In this document: piece by piece, positions 58,515 to 64,000 of the stretch
Layout: each line of letters begins with the position of its first letter
Numbering within the stretch: position 1 is the stretch's first letter
NCBI GenBank assembly: GCA_965216565.1
Contig: OZ244170.1
Span: forward strand, 4,064,001 to 4,128,000
DNA length: 64,000 nucleotides
Source of the DNA: Bythopirellula sp.
GTDB lineage: Bacteria > Planctomycetota > Planctomycetia > Pirellulales > Lacipirellulaceae
Direction: 5' to 3'
Notes under the pieces: model-generated
What the model was told of the DNA's origin: nothing
Databases searched by the model: none
The model's input: only the letters and a program-made list of their open reading frames with translations
Position numbers and translations under genes: made by a program

Positions 58515-59588
58515 ATGGCGACGCAGCGTAAATATTCCGTCTGGTTAGGGCTGACGGCATGCCTGATTTTCGGTGCGTACATTTATCGGAGTTCACTTGA
58601 AGCATCCAATGGACCGAGCGGCAGGAAGCAATCGTCCAATCCCCGCCTGGCATTGATCGTAGGCGGCCCCGATCCTTTTTGGCAGGAAGTAATCGTCGGC
58701 GCAGAAGAGGCGTCGAAAGAGTTCGGGGCGACATTGACGGTTATCGAGCCCAACGGGACTGGATCTGGACAAACAACCGCTTTGGTAAGAATTGTCCCCG
58801 ATAATTTCGACGGACTGGCTATCAGCCCCTTGGCACCCGGCAGTCAGACACAATTGATTAGCAAGTTAGCAACGAAAATCAAAGTCGTGACCTACGACAA
58901 CGATGTTCCTGATTCACTTAGGCATTTGTACATTGGCACAGACAACGTAGCGGGAGGGCGTTTGGCCGCAGAACTGGTTATGCGCGCGTTACCCGATGGA
59001 GGCAAGATTGCACTATTTGTGGGGGACAATGAACGGCAGAACGCTCGTGACCGAAGGCACGCATTGATCAATTCACTGCGCGGCCAATCCTATAAGGGCC
59101 AAAAGGTTGATGAGGAGAATGCCGACGACGTAACTAATCCCATTCAGGCGGGAGACTATACGATCGTTTCCACGTACCTCGACGACAGCAATCCTGAGAA
59201 GGCTTTGGCTAATGCGAAGCAAGCCCTGCAAGATCATCCGCAACTTGCGGGCATGGTGGGCCTGTACGGATACAACGGTCCCGCGTGTTTAGAGGCGCTG
59301 CAAGAACTGGATAAGCTTAACGAGGTTAAGCTGGTTGCCTTTGACAATCATGAACCAACGCTCAAAGGAGTTGAAGAAGGATTGGTCGAGGGAACCGTTG
59401 TACAAGATCCCTATTTGTATGGCTACGAGTCCATCGAAACATTGTGCAAGTTGTGCCGAGGGCTGCCAGCAGCCGTACCGGTGCCTGGGGCAGGTTCCAT
59501 CGCACTACCCTCAGCCGTGGTTGATAGTAAGAATCTACAGAAGTATCAGAAGAATCTTCGGCAGCGAATTGCAACGAACAATCCCTAA
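58515..59588 (+). CDS. Periplasmic sugar-binding protein (Peripla_BP_4/RbsB-like)
   Basis: DPFW, DGLAISP, YIGTDN..GG, VAFD, VVQDPY..GY motifs; N-terminal hydrophobic anchor; GAGGTG RBS. Confidence 0.9.
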   Translation: MATQRKYSVWLGLTACLIFGAYIYRSSLEASNGPSGRKQSSNPRLALIVGGPDPFWQEVIVGAEEASKEFGATLTVIEPNGTGSGQTTALVRIVPDNFDGLAISPLAPGSQTQLISKLATKIKVVTYDNDVPDSLRHLYIGTDNVAGGRLAAELVMRALPDGGKIALFVGDNERQNARDRRHALINSLRGQSYKGQKVDEENADDVTNPIQAGDYTIVSTYLDDSNPEKALANAKQALQDHPQLAGMVGLYGYNGPACLEALQELDKLNEVKLVAFDNHEPTLKGVEEGLVEGTVVQDPYLYGYESIETLCKLCRGLPAAVPVPGAGSIALPSAVVDSKNLQKYQKNLRQRIATNNP

Positions 59589-59640
59589 ACATGTAGCTTT
59601 GCTTTGACTGTCAAAGCACTCATGATTTGGAGAGAGAACA

Positions 59641-60612
59641 GTGCCTTCTAATTTGTATTCTCGTGCCATGACTATTATCGAGCTGTTAGTCGTGATAGCG
59701 CTGATTGGGGTACTGGTTGCACTACTTCTCCCTGCCGTGCAATCGGCTCGTGAAGCCGCCCGTCGAACGCAGTGTAAGAATACGCTGAAACAGATTTCTC
59801 TCGCGGCCTTGCTTCACGAAGATACGCATGAAGCATTTCCCACGGCCGGTTGGGGCTGGACCCAACCTCGCAATGTGAAGCTCGATTCTCAAGGCCAATA
59901 TCAACGGCCAGAAATCCTGGGCGAGCAGTCGTGGGGCTGGAGATATCAACTGTTGCCCTTTATTGAATACCAAGCACTCTGGGCACTGGAAAACGATTTT
60001 GAAATCCGAGCTGCCAAACCACCACTCATCAATTGCCCCAGTCGACGTCCCCCCACGTTCTATGGAGGCCAGCAAGGAGGAATTAGTTCGACTGTGCTTG
60101 GGGATTACGTAGGCAATGGGGGGGACACAGACGAGAGCGGGTGGAATCTGCTTGGTTTGACGCCCGACCCAAGTTGCAAATGTCGGTTCCAGACCGGGAC
60201 AATTACTTGGTACGAACCAGCAGAAATTCAAGCAAAGAAGAAGCCGCTCAGAAACCCACTGGTCAAAACTAGCCTGATTACCGACGGCACATCGCGCACG
60301 ATGCTATTTGGTGAGAAATATGTGAACGGACTTTGGACGGCGGGAGGATCTTGGGGAGACAACGCAGGCTGGTATGTCGGTCGCAGCTGGGATACTCAAC
60401 GGTTTGCCGTTCGCCCGCCACAACCCGATTCATTCTTAACCCATTTAAGCCCCAGCGTCGTCAAAGGATATCGAAAATACGATCGCTTTGGTTCTGCCCA
60501 TCCCGAAAGCTTTAACTGCAGCATGGCCGACGGCTCAGTCACCTCAATCAGTTTTGAAGTCGACATGAAAGCCCTGATGCAATTCTGCAACCGTCAAGAT
60601 AGTACGTTGTAG
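59641..60612 (+). CDS. DUF1559 prepilin-type protein (H-X9-DG)
   Basis: [61 protein letters not shown]. Confidence 0.93.
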   Translation: MPSNLYSRAMTIIELLVVIALIGVLVALLLPAVQSAREAARRTQCKNTLKQISLAALLHEDTHEAFPTAGWGWTQPRNVKLDSQGQYQRPEILGEQSWGWRYQLLPFIEYQALWALENDFEIRAAKPPLINCPSRRPPTFYGGQQGGISSTVLGDYVGNGGDTDESGWNLLGLTPDPSCKCRFQTGTITWYEPAEIQAKKKPLRNPLVKTSLITDGTSRTMLFGEKYVNGLWTAGGSWGDNAGWYVGRSWDTQRFAVRPPQPDSFLTHLSPSVVKGYRKYDRFGSAHPESFNCSMADGSVTSISFEVDMKALMQFCNRQDSTL

Positions 60613-61073
60613 TGCAAATTCCTGCATCCACTAAACATGCTGCCCGTCTGACTCGGATGATTCTGATAGGCAGTTTTCTTTTTATATGCGTCTCTTGTGG
60701 CACAAACGAAGTTGTCACACAGATCCCTGAAGACCATGCTCGGCTCAAGGCCCTCGCCACCGTTTACGCCTATGCCAGTCGCGACCTGGGCCGCCCACCC
60801 AGGAATACCGACGATCTATTGCCGACTTTCGCCAAAGCGGGCATCGAGAATGCAAGTGAATACTTCCTGTCGACTCGGGACGGTACACCTTACGTCATCA
60901 TTTGGGGAGTTGACCTTGATAACAAGTACCGAGGCTCCGATTTAATACTGGTTTACGAACGCATGGGGATTGAGGGCCGTCGCCTGGCTATTGCCTGTAA
61001 TCATTCGCTCGTTGAAATTGACGAAGACAAGTTCAAGAAACTGTCTTGGCCAGCAGGTCACCAGCCCGATTAA
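60612..61073 (+). CDS. Putative lipoprotein partner of DUF1559
   Basis: Lipobox-like CVSC; STRDG.PYVI.W and LVYE..G..G.R patterns typical of small planctomycete DUF1559 neighbours; 1-bp overlap. Confidence 0.7.
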   Translation: MQIPASTKHAARLTRMILIGSFLFICVSCGTNEVVTQIPEDHARLKALATVYAYASRDLGRPPRNTDDLLPTFAKAGIENASEYFLSTRDGTPYVIIWGVDLDNKYRGSDLILVYERMGIEGRRLAIACNHSLVEIDEDKFKKLSWPAGHQPD

Positions 61074-61109
61074 TGGTTATGGTAACAGTTCGATATTAGG
61101 CCCACTTGC

Positions 61110-63965
61110 CTATTCGCCAAATGTTATTTTGATGCTCGCCGCTTGGCTATTCTCTGCCAAAGGGATACTAATGACGACTTCTCCATCAGGCTCCGACTCC
61201 GGTGTCGATTGATGAGCTCCGTCTACCCAGACTTCACAGTTCCCATCGGGCACCCCGGCTAGGTATGCTTTGGCAATATGTGCAGTGCCACTCCGATTCT
61301 CTACTGAAAACTCCAGCTGTCGTAGATCTCTATCACACACAATTGGTTTGTCGCTTGCGATTCCATCTCGAGCTAAGATCATATGAAAGCGGATATCCTC
61401 GGTAATCATATGAAACCGCTGGCCAAGTCCATCTCGACTCACGACTTGTAGCTTATCGTCGCTAGTTGTTAATGATCCTCCGTAGGCAATAATCCCGAAT
61501 AGCGGATCGTCTACCACCACCGTACAAGCGGCATTGATGCCTCCGGCCAAGCCGTGATCGATCTCGCCATCGTAAAACCAGGGGCCGCGTGAGAGATCCT
61601 TCCGCATCCAGGTGTTGCCAAACTTCTCGACCTGGAAATTCCAACCCGCCGCTCCGTCATTGCCCTCGCCCGGGTACCAGTAGCCAAACTTTGACTCCGC
61701 CGTTCCGCAATTGACTAGGGCCCAAGAACTGAGAATAGAAGCGTATCCCAGCCGCAGATATTCAGCCGGGTTCTCCGCGTAGTACAGGGCATAATCGAGA
61801 ATCGACCAACCACCCATCTGCGACATATAGCAAAGATGCGTGCCCCTTCCACTGCGAGCGCTTCCCAGTGAAAAGTAGGCCGTTTCCAACCAACCACGTA
61901 GCGCGATATTCGTGGCGAGTTGCTTTTCCATAAACGCCCGGGCATTCTCCCGGCTTACACTCGGATGCGAATACCACTTCTTCAGATTCTTGTCGTACCA
62001 TAGGTTTTCGTCGGGCTTAAGCTCGTGTTCTAAGGCATAGCGCGAAACCGCATGGGTCGACTCAAACGCAGTCCGATCAAAATGCATCTCCGACTTGTAG
62101 GGGTGAGGATCGTCGTAGATGAAGTACTTCACCTTCTTTTCCCATTCGTTGCGGAGAAAGTCTGCGTCTGCCTGGCGGCCTTCCACTTCAAGTGCAGCAA
62201 TCAGATTGACAAGATACTTCTCGTGAAAGTTCCCTTGCTTATAGGCCCAATCGCTGAATCCCTTGTGCGACCACAGCGGAGGCCCCGGCATGTAGATCGA
62301 GTAGGGAACCTCGAAGTACGCCTTCGCGGTACCAAAAGCTCGCTCGAGATATCCTGCCGCGTCGAGGTAACGAACCTTATCAGGGTTCTGCTTGGCAATC
62401 TGATAGAGATTGTAGTACAGCAGGATATAAGTGGTGTAATCGAAAGTGCGCCATAGTCGCTCTTTCCCCAGCCCTGTACCCTCGACTTTGCCATATCTAT
62501 TTTTAAGATGTTCGATGGTCGAAGGTTTCGTGGTGCCCCATTCAGCATTCCGGTTCAAATACCAATTCTCTGAACCGTAGATTCCGTAGGGATGGGGTAG
62601 TTCACTATCTGTACGTTGCAGCTTTCCCCAAACAAAATTCTCGACGAAATACTCAAGCGCCTCAATCTCCTTCGGGTTTGGATGGCCGACATTCTTCTCA
62701 GCCAAATACGCACACTTGCTGTTGGAAGGATCATCCGAGCCACCAACCATATACATCTGGAGGCCATCCCTGTCCTCCGGGCCACGCAAAACTTGGTTCC
62801 GCATGTCCCACAAACTAAACAATCCGTCGTACCATTTGGTGCGATCACGGTATTGTTGATTGCTCGTAATAAACGCGGCACGTTTCTTAAATACAGTTTC
62901 CAGTGGCAGAGTCACAAACCATTCGAGAATAAGCTTCTCGTCGTTTCCATAATTTACGGTGAGGAGATTCTCGCCCAGTCGCTCAAACCGCACTCGATAG
63001 ATATGAATATCAGGCTTTCTCTCCCCGAGATAATCAAGGTGCGTTTCGCTAGGAAACTCTGCCTGTACAGAATTAGAGTCCAGTACATTCTTCGTGCGCA
63101 GGGAGAATGTCGCCTGCAGGTCTGTTGGGACTACCATTCCCGGGACGATGTGAATATCGAACAAGCCTTGTTCGTATAAAGTATCGCGAACCCCTGAATA
63201 ATCCTGGGCCCGTTGAAACCTGAATCCATAACTAACTGTTTCCTCGGGACCAAGCGTGACACTGGTATGCTCTTTGCGCCAAGTACCGCGTTGCTCGCCC
63301 GCCCCAGAGAACGCAGAATGGATGAATGCGATCCGATCTCGATCCATGTATTCCAAGGCCGTTCCCGCCAGGGGAGTCATCACCAAGCGGTCACCCGAAC
63401 CATCGGCCCGCACCCAGTAAACAAACGACCCATGTCCGGCTATCAGGCGGTGCATGTTTAACCGCGTTTGATACGTTGAACCGCGCGTATTGATTACCTC
63501 CGGCAAAGCAATGTCGCCAATCTCTATAGGCGTATCGCTGATATTTGTAATCTTTATTCGCCAGATAAGCCCATCGTGGTCCCACTCAAACTCTTCCAGG
63601 AGTTTCAAATCGGGTCGATCTTTGCTACCGATAAGATGCGATAGGGTATATGACGTCGCAGAGCGATGGCTTGATTCTACTTTTCCCTTAGCAGCAGCAA
63701 GCGCTGTAACGAACTCTTTCCAGTCACCGCCATCAACTCGGTAATTGATTATCAAGTCACCCAGGCTGGCCCCATCTCGGATCAACTCGAGTTCGGTGTC
63801 GTCCCCTTCAAATTTAAGGCTAGTCACACCTGCTGGGCCAATCCCCACCTCAAAGTGACTGTCTTGGCCGACAGCACAATTACCTGCAATTACAAAGCTG
63901 CAGCAGAGCATTGCCTCAAGAATTGATGCTCTCAAAGTGCCAATCATTTGCTGAATAGGATTCAT
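61110..63965 (-). CDS. DUF5695 family secreted protein, probable (alpha/alpha)6 glycoside hydrolase
   Basis: Signal peptide; WRTFDY, SE..FD.TAFESTHA, YMSQMGGW, LRLGYAS.LSSWAL.N.G, GYWYPG..NDGAAG patterns, recognised by eye. Confidence 0.72.
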   Translation of the reverse strand: MNPIQQMIGTLRASILEAMLCCSFVIAGNCAVGQDSHFEVGIGPAGVTSLKFEGDDTELELIRDGASLGDLIINYRVDGGDWKEFVTALAAAKGKVESSHRSATSYTLSHLIGSKDRPDLKLLEEFEWDHDGLIWRIKITNISDTPIEIGDIALPEVINTRGSTYQTRLNMHRLIAGHGSFVYWVRADGSGDRLVMTPLAGTALEYMDRDRIAFIHSAFSGAGEQRGTWRKEHTSVTLGPEETVSYGFRFQRAQDYSGVRDTLYEQGLFDIHIVPGMVVPTDLQATFSLRTKNVLDSNSVQAEFPSETHLDYLGERKPDIHIYRVRFERLGENLLTVNYGNDEKLILEWFVTLPLETVFKKRAAFITSNQQYRDRTKWYDGLFSLWDMRNQVLRGPEDRDGLQMYMVGGSDDPSNSKCAYLAEKNVGHPNPKEIEALEYFVENFVWGKLQRTDSELPHPYGIYGSENWYLNRNAEWGTTKPSTIEHLKNRYGKVEGTGLGKERLWRTFDYTTYILLYYNLYQIAKQNPDKVRYLDAAGYLERAFGTAKAYFEVPYSIYMPGPPLWSHKGFSDWAYKQGNFHEKYLVNLIAALEVEGRQADADFLRNEWEKKVKYFIYDDPHPYKSEMHFDRTAFESTHAVSRYALEHELKPDENLWYDKNLKKWYSHPSVSRENARAFMEKQLATNIALRGWLETAYFSLGSARSGRGTHLCYMSQMGGWSILDYALYYAENPAEYLRLGYASILSSWALVNCGTAESKFGYWYPGEGNDGAAGWNFQVEKFGNTWMRKDLSRGPWFYDGEIDHGLAGGINAACTVVVDDPLFGIIAYGGSLTTSDDKLQVVSRDGLGQRFHMITEDIRFHMILARDGIASDKPIVCDRDLRQLEFSVENRSGTAHIAKAYLAGVPDGNCEVWVDGAHQSTPESEPDGEVVISIPLAENSQAASIKITFGE

Positions 63966-64000
63966 AAGATAGCCGTTAGGGGATATTGCCGCATGATCCT

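Noticed and set aside
1..64000. tRNA, rRNA, transposase, integrase, prophage or defence systems
   Set aside because: No such motifs or structures were recognised by eye. A tRNAscan/Infernal run would be needed to exclude small ncRNAs in the larger intergenic gaps (11568-12232, 29577-30302, 35500-36072).

Overview
This is a gene-dense bacterial chromosomal window, almost certainly from a Planctomycete of the order Pirellulales. The evidence is two DUF1559 prepilin-like genes, a PSD1/DUF1501 pair, and PEP-CTERM proteins with dockerin-like GD(F/A)xxDGxVDGxD repeats (Lacipirellulaceae-like). The taxonomy is inferred. From left to right there are five blocks. (1) 1-14.4 kb: a Wzx/Wzy exopolysaccharide cluster with unusual tailoring genes (sulfotransferase, APH-like kinase, HprK-like P-loop protein, D-glucuronyl C5-epimerase, UDP-glucuronate 4-epimerase) and a degenerate GGDEF protein that keeps its RxxD I-site. 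Its divergent promoter holds three 20-bp-phased repeats and a perfect 20-bp palindrome. (2) 14.5-22 kb: a photo-oxidative stress cluster (FeS-BCP photolyase, DUF2177, FAD oxidoreductase, DUF1365, two CFA-type methyltransferases, DUF1295) resembling furan-fatty-acid loci. (3) 22-29.6 kb: a signalling block (Ser/Thr kinase fused to a tubulin/FtsZ-like domain, FHA-EAL, REC-GGDEF-CBS, AAA ATPase). (4) 30-47 kb: a hydroxyproline-peptide utilisation locus with a double-wHTH GntR, four PEP-CTERM proteins (two are zinc peptidases), DUF1559 plus lipoprotein, an AmpG-like MFS, an ATLF/PPEP-like peptidase, an Xaa-Pro peptidase and the complete four-step 4-hydroxyproline pathway. TTGT(G/A)CAC(A/T)A candidate operators sit at its divergent promoters. 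(5) 47-64 kb: a glycan-degradation locus (GH127/146 beta-L-arabinofuranosidase, sulfatase, unclassified (alpha/alpha)6 glycosidase, PSD1/DUF1501, SDR, sugar-binding protein, second DUF1559, DUF5695). The best candidate for an undescribed system is blocks 4 and 5 acting together as a planctomycete utilisation locus for hydroxyproline-rich (glyco)proteins. No rRNA, tRNA, CRISPR or mobile elements were seen. All family calls come from motif recognition by eye, not from database searches.
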